A DNA stretch of 64,000 bases from a virus, in the IMG/VR virus record IMGVR_UViG_3300036760_001167, positions 42,511 through 106,510 of that record, one strand, 5' to 3'. The position numbers and the translations under genes were made by a program. Position 1 is the stretch's first letter; every line of letters starts with the position of its first letter. The notes beneath the pieces were generated by a model. That model was not told where the DNA came from. It was given only the letters and a program-made list of their open reading frames with translations, and searched no databases. Positions 9,044 to 18,984 of the stretch are shown here, in pieces.

Positions 9044-9502
9044 TCACGTCACCCGCGGCCACGCGTCCGGCGGCTCGGGCGCGTCCGCGAAGTCGACGAT
9101 CACGAGCGCGGCTCGGAGCGGACCCTCGTCGTAGACCTTGGTCCCGTCCGGCTCGGTCCTGCTGGGGTAGGCCTGCCCGACGATCGCCACGTCCTCCGGC
9201 GTCCGCGCGGGCTCGCCCGCCTCGTCCGCGAGGTACGAGACCCTCACGGTCCCGCCGCCCAGCAGCTCGATGCGCTGGATCAGCCCGCGCTCCGAGATCC
9301 CCGCCGCGAGCGTCCAGCCGTTGAGCTCGTCGTGCTGCTCCGGCGCGAGCCGCTGCCAGTCTCCCTCGTTCGCGTCCAGAGCGCGGACGCGCTCGCCGCT
9401 CGCGGGGTCGGGCACGTGCGTCCCGTCCTCCGCGGTGGTCCAGCCGGCGATCGGCCTCCCCGGGTCCGTCACGTCCGTCACCTCGATGTGAACCCCGTCC
9501 AT
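9044..9502 (-). CDS. Hypothetical protein
   Basis: GGGAGG RBS, GTAAGAT promoter at 9538-9532, strong codon bias. Confidence 0.7.
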   Translation of the reverse strand: MDGVHIEVTDVTDPGRPIAGWTTAEDGTHVPDPASGERVRALDANEGDWQRLAPEQHDELNGWTLAAGISERGLIQRIELLGGGTVRVSYLADEAGEPARTPEDVAIVGQAYPSRTEPDGTKVYDEGPLRAALVIVDFADAPEPPDAWPRVT

Positions 9503-9952
9503 GGCTGCCTCCCTTGCCCTCGTCCTTCCCTATCTTACGGCGTGCGACCTTGGTCCGGGGCCACCGGCTCGGGCATCGGCGACCTCCACCACAGCGTCAC
9601 CGTCCCCTCCCCGCGGTCGTACGTGGCGAGGACGCGCTGGTCGACGGGCTCCTCGCCGAGCGTCGCGCGCCAGCCCTCCTGCCGGGCCCGCGCGCGGCCC
9701 GCCTCCGTCGCGGCGACGGCGTCGGCCTGCGTGCGCACGCCCTCCATCATCGCCCACGGGACGACCTCGCGCCTCGTCTGCGGGTCGCGGCGGCGGCCCA
9801 GCCCGCGCCTCACCGACACCCCGGATCGGCGGCGGTACCGGCGCGGAGGGGATGGACTTCCGGGCGCGCAGAACTCGCGGCCTTGTGCGCGTATATAACC
9901 ATCCTCTTAGAACTGGTACCTTCTGGGGTATCCGCCTTCTCGGGCTGCGGGT

Positions 9953-12442
9953 TCACCGGGTCCGCGCCTGGTCCGCGCCGGTACTTCCGGTACTTCCGGG
10001 GATGCGGACGACGAAGAGCTTCGTCGTGACGAGGCCCCGGCCCTGCACCCAGACCTTCCGCTTCCTGGTGTCGCGACCCCGGTCGTGCGACAGCACGCCC
10101 TGCTCAGCCCACTTGTCGAGCACGGGCTTCGGGTCGCGCAGCCCCGCGTACTCGCGGAGGATCAGCGCGAGCGTCGACCGGCCGATGATCCCCACCGTGT
10201 CGTCGCCGAACCAGACGCCCCAGCGCTGCTGGCCGATCGGCTCCTCGTTCGCGGGGAAGAACCGGCCGCTGCCGAGCAGCGCCTCCTTCACCGCGTTGAG
10301 CCCGCGCTCGCCGATGTCGGCGCCCTCGTCCGCGCCGGACCTCTGCAGCTTCTCGAACACCGAGAGCGCCGCCCCCTCGAGCTCGCCGTACTCCACGCCG
10401 CGGCCGCAGACCCGCGCGAGCTGCGCGAAGCCCGCGACGCACGTCGCGACCTGCCCGGCCTGCGCGAGCTCGACCTGCTGGCCGCTGGCCTCTGGCGCCA
10501 TCTCGAGGAAGAGCCGCTTCTGGAGCGCGAGGAACTCGGCCGGCCGCGGGTCGCGCGCCAGCCACCGCAGCGGCCAGCCGTGCGCCCGCTGCGCCGACGC
10601 GAGCATCCGCAGGTGGGCGTCGACGTCGTCGGCGAGCGGCGAGTACAGCTCCATGATCCTGCGGCGCACGCCCGTCAGGCCGGACTGGATCGTCAGCCGC
10701 GCCTCGCCGGTCGACAGCACGCACGCGCTCCAGGTCGAGGTGCCGGACACGTTCCGGCCCGCGTTCCCCGCGATCTTCCGCTCGCGCCCCTCCATCAGGT
10801 TGAACAGCATCTGGGTGAACTGGTCCGGCTCGAGGCCGAGGTTCGCGGCCTCGTCGAACCAGACGGGCAGGACGCCGACCTGCTTGAGCACGTTCCCCGG
10901 CGCCTTCGCGGTCTGGTTCCACGAGCGGTAGAGCCGCCCGTCGGGGCGGCGCGCGTCGCCGAGCTGCTGGAACGCCATCTCCGCCGACTCGGACTTCCCG
11001 GTGTGCGACTCGCCGGTCACGTGGACCGTGAAGATCTGCTTGTCCTTCAGCAGCGTGACGTAGAGCGCGCCGAGCGGGAAGCCCAGCAGGACCGCGAGCT
11101 TCGGCCAGCCCGCGGCCTCGTCGACGACGTTCCTCCACTCGCGGCGCGCGTCGTCCTCCGCGACGTCGGCCGCGTCGCCGTAGACGACGAGCTCCTCCTT
11201 GCCCGGCGACGCCTCGAGCTCGCCCGGCACGCGCAGCTCGCCGCCGCGCCACTCCGCGCGCGTCAGCACTGGCCTCGTGCGGAACAGGCCCGACGCGCGG
11301 ACCGCCGACAGGAACTCCGCGACCGCGGCGCACTCGGCGGGCATCAGGTCCGGCCCCTCGAGCTCGGACAGGAGCTGCCCGCGCTTGTCCGCGGTCATGA
11401 ACGTCGACGGGACGACCATCCGCTTGGGCGCCGGGCCCGCTCCCTCGAAGGTCACGTCGTAGCCGCGCACCTGGCCGTCCTCGTCGACGAGCACCTCGTG
11501 CGGGACCACGTTGAACTGGGCGCGCGCGATCCACCTCTTGTCGCGCCTCTGCGAGAGCCAGCCGGAGCGGAACGCCCAGCCGAGCGAGTCGGTGTCGGGC
11601 GGGCGATCGGCGGCGGCGCGCCTCCGCGCGGGCCTCGCGCCGTCGGCCTCGAGGACCAGCGCCCTCAGCTCTGCGGCGGTCCCGCCGCGGTCGAGCCAGT
11701 CCGACACGTCCTCGCCGCGCGACTCCCGCTCCTCGAGGCCCGGCAGGTCGACGGCGACCGCGTGCACCCCGCGCGACGCGAGCGCGTCCATCGCCGCGGC
11801 CCGCGCCCGCTTGCCGTGCGCGTCGTAGTCGCGCAGCACGGCGACCCTGAACCCCTCGAGCTTCCTGGCCAGCTTCGCGGTCAGGTGCCCCTCCGACGGG
11901 GCCGTCGCCTGCAGCCCCTCGGCGCGCAGCCTGTCGACGTCCTTCTCGCCCTCGACGACGAGGACCCAGCGGTCCTTCTCGAGCGGCGGCATGTAGAGCA
12001 GCGGCCCCGGCTTGCGCGGCCTCCACCGGAAGTCCTTGCGCCAGCCGTCGGGCCACTCGTAGCGGACCTTGGTCGCGCCCTCGTACTCGTAGCGCGCGAC
12101 CTCGACCGCGCCCGCGTCCTCGGGCCGCACGCCGCCGCCGGGGTTGCGCGTCCGCCACAGCCGCCCGGCCTCGCGCGGCGGCGGCGCGGACCCGAACGCC
12201 TCGAAGATCGCGTCGACGTGCTCGCGGTCGCGCTCGCCGCCCGCGTCGAGGCCGCAGCCGCCCTTCCCGCTGAAGCAGTACAGCAGCGCCTCGCCCTCCC
12301 GCGATCGCTTCACCGCGAACGACGGGCTGTTCGAGCCGTCCCCTTCGCACACGGGGCAGAACGTGCGGAAGGAGCCGGCGCCCGACGGGAACGTCGGCCA
12401 GCCCCGGCCCTCGAGGAGCTCGAGCAGCTCGTCGTACGTCAA
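9953..12442 (-). CDS. DNA primase-helicase (Zn finger + TOPRIM + DUF927-like ATPase)
   Basis: CPVC; VVEGEKDVD and DYD TOPRIM motifs; GESHTGKS Walker A; LPVWFDE Walker B. Confidence 0.85.
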   Translation of the reverse strand: MTYDELLELLEGRGWPTFPSGAGSFRTFCPVCEGDGSNSPSFAVKRSREGEALLYCFSGKGGCGLDAGGERDREHVDAIFEAFGSAPPPREAGRLWRTRNPGGGVRPEDAGAVEVARYEYEGATKVRYEWPDGWRKDFRWRPRKPGPLLYMPPLEKDRWVLVVEGEKDVDRLRAEGLQATAPSEGHLTAKLARKLEGFRVAVLRDYDAHGKRARAAAMDALASRGVHAVAVDLPGLEERESRGEDVSDWLDRGGTAAELRALVLEADGARPARRRAAADRPPDTDSLGWAFRSGWLSQRRDKRWIARAQFNVVPHEVLVDEDGQVRGYDVTFEGAGPAPKRMVVPSTFMTADKRGQLLSELEGPDLMPAECAAVAEFLSAVRASGLFRTRPVLTRAEWRGGELRVPGELEASPGKEELVVYGDAADVAEDDARREWRNVVDEAAGWPKLAVLLGFPLGALYVTLLKDKQIFTVHVTGESHTGKSESAEMAFQQLGDARRPDGRLYRSWNQTAKAPGNVLKQVGVLPVWFDEAANLGLEPDQFTQMLFNLMEGRERKIAGNAGRNVSGTSTWSACVLSTGEARLTIQSGLTGVRRRIMELYSPLADDVDAHLRMLASAQRAHGWPLRWLARDPRPAEFLALQKRLFLEMAPEASGQQVELAQAGQVATCVAGFAQLARVCGRGVEYGELEGAALSVFEKLQRSGADEGADIGERGLNAVKEALLGSGRFFPANEEPIGQQRWGVWFGDDTVGIIGRSTLALILREYAGLRDPKPVLDKWAEQGVLSHDRGRDTRKRKVWVQGRGLVTTKLFVVRIPGSTGSTGADQARTR

Positions 12443-12921
12443 GCCGTGGCCCCGATCGGTCGGAGCAGGTCGAGGAAGAAGTCCGCGTGCCGGGGAGCGA
12501 AGAACTCGCGGCCGTGCGCCGGGAGGATCCCGGCGCGGCGCGCCTCGTCGAGCAGGAACCGCTCGAGGGCGCGTGGGTCAGGCACCCACTCCGCGTACAG
12601 AACCTCCTGGCGCTCGCGCTCCGACGACGAGTACGCGGCGAGCCTGCTCCGCATGGAAATCGTCCTGCCAACCTTCACCCACTCTGCGAAGTCGACGACG
12701 TAGACGAAGCCGCCGCCCTCGTAGGTGGGGCGGAGCCAGACCGAGAACCCGAGTCCAGCCGCGGCCAGCCGCCTGACCTCCGCGACCCCGAGCCGCTGTA
12801 CCGCGCCGTAGTGCCCGCCACTCGAGCAGTAGGAGTCGGCCCCCCTCGCAGTTACCGCATCCTGGCAGCCGAGAATGGAGCAGACCCTGTTGGTCGGCTC
12901 TCGCCTCCGCGCTCCGTTCAC
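12439..12921 (-). CDS. GIY-YIG superfamily (T5orf172-like) nuclease
   Basis: GFVYVV...VKVGRT...RL...LERFL...GREFF. Confidence 0.7.
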   Translation of the reverse strand: MNGARRREPTNRVCSILGCQDAVTARGADSYCSSGGHYGAVQRLGVAEVRRLAAAGLGFSVWLRPTYEGGGFVYVVDFAEWVKVGRTISMRSRLAAYSSSERERQEVLYAEWVPDPRALERFLLDEARRAGILPAHGREFFAPRHADFFLDLLRPIGATA

Positions 12922-13676
12922 CGGGTCGTAGGTGCGACCTGTCGAGGCATGCACCTCCGGCACGGCCGCAGGTTCCTGACCTTGCGCAGCTTCACGCGCT
13001 CCAGGTAGCCCAGCCACCCGCGCCGCGCGGTGAGCGCCGGGCAGAGCGCGTCTCGGTGGAAGACGTCCGTCCCGTCGACCCCGCGGCAGACGACCACTAG
13101 CGAGTCCAGCGTCCGCGGCATCGCCGCCCGCGCCGTCACGAGCGCAGCGCCGCGAGCTCCGTCGCGGCCTCCAGCAGGTCGACGCGCGCCTCGAGCTCCG
13201 CGTGCGGGCTCGTCGACTGCGCCCACGACATGGCGCGGTAGCACAGGCGCTCCATCAGCTGGTAGTCCGGCGACTCCTCCCGGAGCAGCTCGACCGCCGC
13301 CGCCAGGCTCAGCTCAGCCACTCGTTCCTCCCCTCGACCAGGTCGTCCGCGGTCCGGTCTCGCAGCTCGTGGCGGCGGAGCCACCTCGCGAGCCTGCGCT
13401 CCGCGCGCGCCATCCGGCGCTCGAGCCTGCGCGGCTTGAGCACGCGGTCGTCCAGCCAGACGAGGCGCCAGTGCTCGTTGTCCGCGGAGTAGAGCACGAG
13501 GCACGCGCAGTCGATGCCGCCTGGCGGCGAGAACTCGTAGTGCCGCCTGCGCACCTCGCGCTCCCACTTGAGGCCGAGTCCCCGCGCGGCCGGGCCCCGG
13601 CCGACGATGCCGCCGACCGCGAAGCCGTCCTGCGCGCGGTCCTTCAGGCTCCGGTCCGGGGGCGCGCCGTCGCGGG

Positions 13677-14102
13677 TCACGGGTCGATCCCCGCGACGCG
13701 CGCGATCACGGCGGCGTAGCCCGCCATGTCGACGATGGTGTCGCGCTTGACGCCGCCCGTCGCGAACCGCGAGACCTTGAGCAGGAGGAGGCAGCACGCC
13801 GCGTCCTCCGCGGTCAGGACGACCTCGTGGGGCAGGACGCCCGCGCCGTGCAGGTACGTCGTCCACAGCGCCGCGATGTTCTCGCAGCTCGGCCGCGGCC
13901 CGCCGTAGTCCGCCTCCCGGTCGCCGCCGTAGACCAGCGCCCCGGCCTCCTCGAGCACCGTCGGCGCGGGCGCCAGGTTCAGCGCCCGCGGCTCCTCGTC
14001 GCGCTCCGCGGTCAGCGGCTCCTCCGGCATGCTCTGGTAGTGGCGGCCTCGGTGCCTCTCCCTCCCGCGTGCCGCGCACTCCGGGACGTCGCATAGCGCC
14101 AT
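13677..14102 (-). CDS. DUF6378-like protein (predicted nucleotide-pool associated)
   Basis: VLEEAGALVYGGDREADYG...IAALWTTYL...LLKVSR...DTIVDMAGYAA. Confidence 0.7.
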   Translation of the reverse strand: MALCDVPECAARGRERHRGRHYQSMPEEPLTAERDEEPRALNLAPAPTVLEEAGALVYGGDREADYGGPRPSCENIAALWTTYLHGAGVLPHEVVLTAEDAACCLLLLKVSRFATGGVKRDTIVDMAGYAAVIARVAGIDP

Positions 14103-14478
14103 GTCGTTCTCCCTTCGCCTCTCGCCCATCACCATCGACTCGACCCACGCCGCGAGCGCCGCCCTGTCTGCCGCGCTCGCGGCGGCGCCGTCGCGCCAGC
14201 AGCGCAGGATCAGCGCCGCCTCGTCCGGGTGGCGGCGCAGGTACGCCTCGACCTTCGCCAGCCCCGCCGCTCCGGGCCCCTCGTTGCTCAGTCTCCCCGC
14301 CGCCTGACTACGCGCCGGACGTTCGCCGTCGGGACGATGACCTCGTCGCCCTCGGAGCGCATGATCGGGAAGTACGTGATCCGCGTCGGCCAGATCGTCA
14401 GCAGCTCCGGGCGGCGCTCCACCCTGCCGTCCATGTACTCGATGCTGCCGTACGCGTAGACCGGCTGCTCCTCCTCCA

Positions 14479-14880
14479 TCAGTCTCCCTCCCGGCCCTCC
14501 CGCACGCGCTGCGCGAGGCCGCCGCTGAGCCTGCTCGCCGCGGTCTCGCGGTGGCTCTCCGCGGTCGTCGCCCCGCCGGTCGTGACCCTGCCCGGCGACT
14601 CCTCCGACGAGGTCGCGCGGAAGTGCGCGTCCGGGTGGCGCGGGTTCATGAACTCGATCATCGCGAAGTTCGCGACGTCCATCAGCCACTCCGTGTTCCC
14701 GTCATCCCGGTAGAGCGCGAGCCGCTTCTCGAGCGACTTGAGGTGGTCGCTCGTCGAGTCCTTCACCGCGCCGTACTTGTGGTAGCTGAACGCCATCCGG
14801 TCGGCGCAGCCCTGCAGGAACTCCCGCGACACCTCGTGCGGGATCACCGCGATCTCGTAGGTCGCGTGCTCCGTCGGCAT
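14479..14880 (-). CDS. Conserved phage protein, possible all-alpha NTP pyrophosphohydrolase
   Basis: RMAFSYHKYG...GNTEWLMDVANFAMIEF. Confidence 0.55.
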   Translation of the reverse strand: MPTEHATYEIAVIPHEVSREFLQGCADRMAFSYHKYGAVKDSTSDHLKSLEKRLALYRDDGNTEWLMDVANFAMIEFMNPRHPDAHFRATSSEESPGRVTTGGATTAESHRETAASRLSGGLAQRVREGREGD

Positions 14881-14883
14881 ATC

Positions 14884-15441
14884 CTACCTCCCCTCGTCGA
14901 CTTCGCGGAACCGGTCCAGGAACTCGGCCTCTGCCTCGGCCGGGCCCAGGGGCCAGATGCGCCCCTCCATCGGCGCGGGCAGCCCGCCCCACGTCTCGGG
15001 CTCGCCGGGCGCCATCAGGTCGCGCGCCTCCGTCGCGAGCGCCCGCAGGTCCGCCTCCTTGACCCGCGGGTCGTGCGGGTAGCGCGTGCCGTACCGCCGC
15101 GCGATCGCCCTGTGGGCGAGCTCCTCGACGACGTCGTACCCCATGCTCCCGGTCTCGCGGAGCGCCGCCTTGAGCGGCGAGCTCATGTCGCCGACGTACG
15201 CCTCCGACGCGTCGTGCAGCAGCCCGTCCATGGCGAGCTCCGCGGGCACGTCCCGCGAGACGAGGACGCAGTGCTGCGCGACGGAGTAGAAGCGCTCGAG
15301 CTGGCCGCCGAACCGGCAGAGCAGCGACAGCGCGTGGGCGACGTCGCCGATGTCGACCTCCTCCGCCGTCGGGTTGGTCAGGTGGAAGCGCCCGCCGCGC
15401 CTCGTCTGCACGTAGTGCCCGCGCTCGTCGGTGAAGCTCAC
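14884..15441 (-). CDS. HD-domain 5'-deoxynucleotidase (YfbR/YfdR-like)
   Basis: AHALSLLCRFGG, YSVAQH, LLHDASEAYVGD. Confidence 0.88.
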   Translation of the reverse strand: MSFTDERGHYVQTRRGGRFHLTNPTAEEVDIGDVAHALSLLCRFGGQLERFYSVAQHCVLVSRDVPAELAMDGLLHDASEAYVGDMSSPLKAALRETGSMGYDVVEELAHRAIARRYGTRYPHDPRVKEADLRALATEARDLMAPGEPETWGGLPAPMEGRIWPLGPAEAEAEFLDRFREVDEGR

Positions 15442-15631
15442 GGCGCGTCTCCCGCCCCGCGCACGGCCGCGTCCATGAGCAGGCTGCGGGCCTCCTGGTA
15501 CAGCTGCGACGCCGCGGCGCGCTTCCTGCCGGTGAGCTCCGCGGCGTTCTCCTGGAGCACCTGCAGCTCGGTCAGCTCGCGCAGCTCCCTGCTGGCGTCG
15601 GCGAACGCCGCGGCCGCGGCCTCGAGCGGCG

Positions 15632-15970
15632 TCACCGCGCGTCCTCCGGCGGGCGTCCCGTCTCCGGGTGCGCGACCCAGTCGCGCGTCTTGACGTCGGC
15701 CCAGACCCGCGTGACGATCTCGTCCAGGTCGTAGCCGTTCGTGTTGCAGAAGCCCGCCAGGAAGACCTGGATGTCGCCGATCGCGTCCTCGATCTCGCTC
15801 CGCGACTTCTCGATGTCGTACCCGCGGATCGCCTGCTCGTGCTTGAGCCGCGCGTGCGCGAGCTCGCCCACCTCCTCGACGATCCCGAGCAGCGGCTGGT
15901 GCGGCTCCTGCCCCGGGAAGTTGTGCGCGAGCCACTCGCGCGTCTCGTCCTGCAGCGTCCTCAGGTCCAT
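15632..15970 (-). CDS. MazG-like NTP pyrophosphohydrolase
   Basis: GIVEEVGELA...EDAIGD. Confidence 0.85.
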   Translation of the reverse strand: MDLRTLQDETREWLAHNFPGQEPHQPLLGIVEEVGELAHARLKHEQAIRGYDIEKSRSEIEDAIGDIQVFLAGFCNTNGYDLDEIVTRVWADVKTRDWVAHPETGRPPEDAR

Positions 15971-16039
15971 TCCCTCGCCTCTCGCTCGGTCAACGCCCGG
16001 CCTCGCGGCCGGGCTGGCGCGGTGGCAACCGCGCGTCCC

Positions 16040-16681
16040 CTAGAAGCCGACCTTGTCGGTGCCGCGCTTCGCGACCGCGCGCGGCTTGCGCGCCGACTTC
16101 TTCTCCGGCTCCGGCTCCGGCTCGTCGTCCGCGCCGGCCTCCTCGGCCTCGGCCTCCTCGGCCTCGCGGCGGAGGCGCTGCGCCTTCGTCTCGGGCTTCG
16201 CCTCCGGCTCGGCCGCGGCCTCGTCGTCGTCGTCGTCGTCGTCGTCGTCCGGGTCCTCGAACGACTCGCCGAGCGGCCGCGTCTCGAGCAGCTCCTGCGA
16301 GCCCTTGTACTGGCCCTTCGCCTGGATGCCGAGGCGCGCCGTCAGCTTGACGCCGTCCATGGCCTCCATGATCGCTTCCATCTCGTCGTCGCCCTCGAGG
16401 TCCTCGTCGACCTCGCGGAGCACGGAGAAGAACCCGCGCGCCTTCTTCTTGAACCAAAACTGCGCCTTCGTGTTCTCCTCCGCCGGGAAGTTCAGGCTGA
16501 CGGACGTGACGCTCTTCGCGTCCGGCCCGTCGAGGACCTGCAGGTCCATGAAGACGGTGAACGACCCGTCGTCCTTCATCTCGCCAGCCTTGCGGACCTC
16601 CAGCACCTCGACGTCGTAGACGTCGACCGGCAGCGGCTTCCCGCTCCCGTCGTCCTCGGTCTTGATGTAGCCCCTGGTCAC
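16040..16681 (-). CDS. Single-stranded DNA-binding protein (DUF669-like) with acidic tail
   Basis: PLPVDVYDVEV N-terminal motif, poly-Asp tail, C-terminal Phe; located near Sak4. Confidence 0.65.
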   Translation of the reverse strand: MTRGYIKTEDDGSGKPLPVDVYDVEVLEVRKAGEMKDDGSFTVFMDLQVLDGPDAKSVTSVSLNFPAEENTKAQFWFKKKARGFFSVLREVDEDLEGDDEMEAIMEAMDGVKLTARLGIQAKGQYKGSQELLETRPLGESFEDPDDDDDDDDDEAAAEPEAKPETKAQRLRREAEEAEAEEAGADDEPEPEPEKKSARKPRAVAKRGTDKVGF

Positions 16682-16992
16682 TTGTGTCCTCCTTCTCGCA
16701 GCACCTCTGCCGCGCGCGATCGGCGCCGCTGCCCCAGACCGTTCCAGAGCATCGCGACCACCGCCTGCACCTTCTCCAAGCCGTCGGCCTTCCACTCCCA
16801 CCGCTGGAAGTTGCCGTGTCCCAGGTACGGTCCGTACGGCCCGTACACCTTGCCGATGCCGACCGCCGCGCAGAACCTTCGAACGACGTCCTCATCGTTC
16901 ATGGTCAGGGCGGCGCGCGGAGCGGTTCCGCGCATCAGGGTGAAGCAGCCTTCACCTTCGAACAACCCGCCCGCCCAGCACAGCTCGTTCAT
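16678..16992 (-). CDS. Single-motif LAGLIDADG endonuclease-like protein
   Basis: WAGGLFEGEGCF; 104 aa; weaker GC3 bias than neighbours. Confidence 0.75.
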   Translation of the reverse strand: MNELCWAGGLFEGEGCFTLMRGTAPRAALTMNDEDVVRRFCAAVGIGKVYGPYGPYLGHGNFQRWEWKADGLEKVQAVVAMLWNGLGQRRRSRAAEVLREGGHK

Positions 16993-17825
16993 GCCTTGGC
17001 CGTCTCCGCGTCGGCCTTCGCGCGCTCGGCGAGCGCGGCAGTGATGTCCTCCATCATCGTCACCAGCGTGTTCCGCCAGCCGATGTCCTCGTCGTAGGTC
17101 ACGTCGACCCAGCCGTCGAGGAAGGTGTGCGTCCGGTCCTTCGCCTGCACGTTGTCCACCGGCCGCACGTGCAGCCTGTGCTCGATCGTCCCGCCCGGAC
17201 CCTCCGGCGTCTCGAGCCGCAGCATCCCGACGATGTCGACGAAGCCCGCGAGGGTCTTCGCGAGCTGCCCCTGCACGTACGGGACGAGCTTGACCTCCTC
17301 CTGGCCGCGCTCGGCGGTGCCCGCGACGAACGCGACGCACTGGACCGGCTTCACGACGTTGTACTTCAGGTCGCGCATCGACCGGATGAGCGCCTCGCTC
17401 TTCCGGAACAGCACGCCCCAGTCGTCCCACTCCATCTTCTCGGAGCCGGCGACCTCGTCGACGATCCTCTTCTGCACCTCGCTCAGCGAGTCGACGATCA
17501 CGGAGGTGAACCCGTGCCTCCCGCGGTTCAGCCACTGCGCCGTCTGCCGCACGTCCTCGAGGCCGCGCACGCGGACGACGCACGTGTCCCACGTGCCGTC
17601 GGCCTTGGGCGGCGCCTCCTTCGGGTTCTCCCAGATCACCTTGCGGCCGAAGGTGAACTCGCTGCCTCCCTCGGCGTCGAGCACGAGCCGCGGCGCGGGC
17701 GCGGTCTGCGCCAGCCACGACTTCCCAGTTCCCCAGTCGCCGTGGATCAGGATCGTCAGCGGCCGGAGCGCGGGCGCCGCGGCCGCCCTCCTACGTGCTG
17801 GTGCCTCCGTGCCTGTCGAGGCCAT
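16989..17825 (-). CDS. Sak4-like (AAA_24) recombination ATPase
   Basis: LIHGDWGTGKS, VIVDSLSE, AKDR. Confidence 0.85.
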   Translation of the reverse strand: MASTGTEAPARRRAAAAPALRPLTILIHGDWGTGKSWLAQTAPAPRLVLDAEGGSEFTFGRKVIWENPKEAPPKADGTWDTCVVRVRGLEDVRQTAQWLNRGRHGFTSVIVDSLSEVQKRIVDEVAGSEKMEWDDWGVLFRKSEALIRSMRDLKYNVVKPVQCVAFVAGTAERGQEEVKLVPYVQGQLAKTLAGFVDIVGMLRLETPEGPGGTIEHRLHVRPVDNVQAKDRTHTFLDGWVDVTYDEDIGWRNTLVTMMEDITAALAERAKADAETAKA

Positions 17826-18056
17826 CGCCTCCCACCCCCTTCTCGTCCGGCCTGTCGCCGGTCCCCTTCACGTACCCGTACCGCCAGCCCGTGGCGAGCG
17901 TCACGTGGATCGACTCCTCCGCCGCGCCCATCTCGCGCAGCACGCCCGCGACCTCGTCGACCAGCCCCGCGAGCTCCAGGACCCGGCCCTTCAGCGTGAC
18001 CGGGTCGACGTCGTGCAGCGCGATCGGCCGCTCGACGTTGCGCGTTACCTCGAGCC

Positions 18057-18359
18057 TCATCCGCGCAGGTGGTCGTCGTGCGCGTCGAGCTCGCCGTCGT
18101 GCGGCCCGCCCGTCCGCGCGCCGACGGGCGGCAGGACCATCTTGTGCCGCACGCCCGCGTCCACGTGGACCAGGTTCGGCTCGTCGAAGGTCGACGCCTC
18201 CGGCTTGCCGTCCTTGTCGGCGCGCTCCAGCGTCACGCGCCGGCAGCCCTGCATGTACTCGTGGTGAGCGGTGTCGATGCCCTCGAAGCCCGTCACCACG
18301 TCCGCGTAGCGCTCGCCCAGGACCGCGTCGCCGTTGCCGATGGTCTCGTTCCCTCCCAT
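18057..18359 (-). CDS. Conserved phage hypothetical protein
   Basis: LG..YADVVTGFEG...YMQGC...FDE pattern. Confidence 0.6.
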   Translation of the reverse strand: MGGNETIGNGDAVLGERYADVVTGFEGIDTAHHEYMQGCRRVTLERADKDGKPEASTFDEPNLVHVDAGVRHKMVLPPVGARTGGPHDGELDAHDDHLRG

Positions 18360-18984
18360 GCCTTGCCTCCCTCGCCTCGGGTGCCCGTTCTGGCTGCCCA
18401 CGGCCTCCGTGGGCCCGTTTCGTGCTTCCGGTGCCGGCTCGCCCGCCGGCGGCCTCAGCCGCGCGGCAGCGCCTCCAGGCGGTCCATCGCGTTCGCCGCC
18501 GCGTGCGTCATGTCCGCGTCGCCGCTGTCCAGCGCCTTCTTCAGCGCCGCAAGCGCCGACTGCCGGACCTCGTCCAGCGTCACTCCCTCGCCCATCCCCG
18601 TCACCTCCTCGAAGTAGTCCGGGACCTCCGAGAACAGCCAGTGCACGAGGCAGCCCGCGTGGCAGAAGGCCAGCGCGTCCTCGGCCGCGTTGCTGCCCGG
18701 CGTCATCAGCCAGGCCCAGTCGAAGTCGACGGGGCTGCCGGCGCCGCACCACTCGCAGGCGGTCACGGCCGCGCCTTCAGGATCTCGCCGAGCGCGATGA
18801 TCGCGTGGGTCAGCGCGACGCTCGCCAGCGCGGCCGCGCCCTCCGGCGTCTTCACCGAGTGGTCGGCCGACAGGTCGTCCTCGTACCGCTCGACCTTATC
18901 GAGCAGCGCCTCCGCCTTCGCCAGGTGCTCGTTGCCGCTCATGCCGCGACCTTCATCTTGTGGAGCTCAAGCAGTCCATCTCGC

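Noticed and set aside
9870-12512. AGAACTCGCGGCC direct repeat flanking the primase gene
   Set aside because: A single 13-bp GC-rich match, one copy inside a coding region; compatible with chance.
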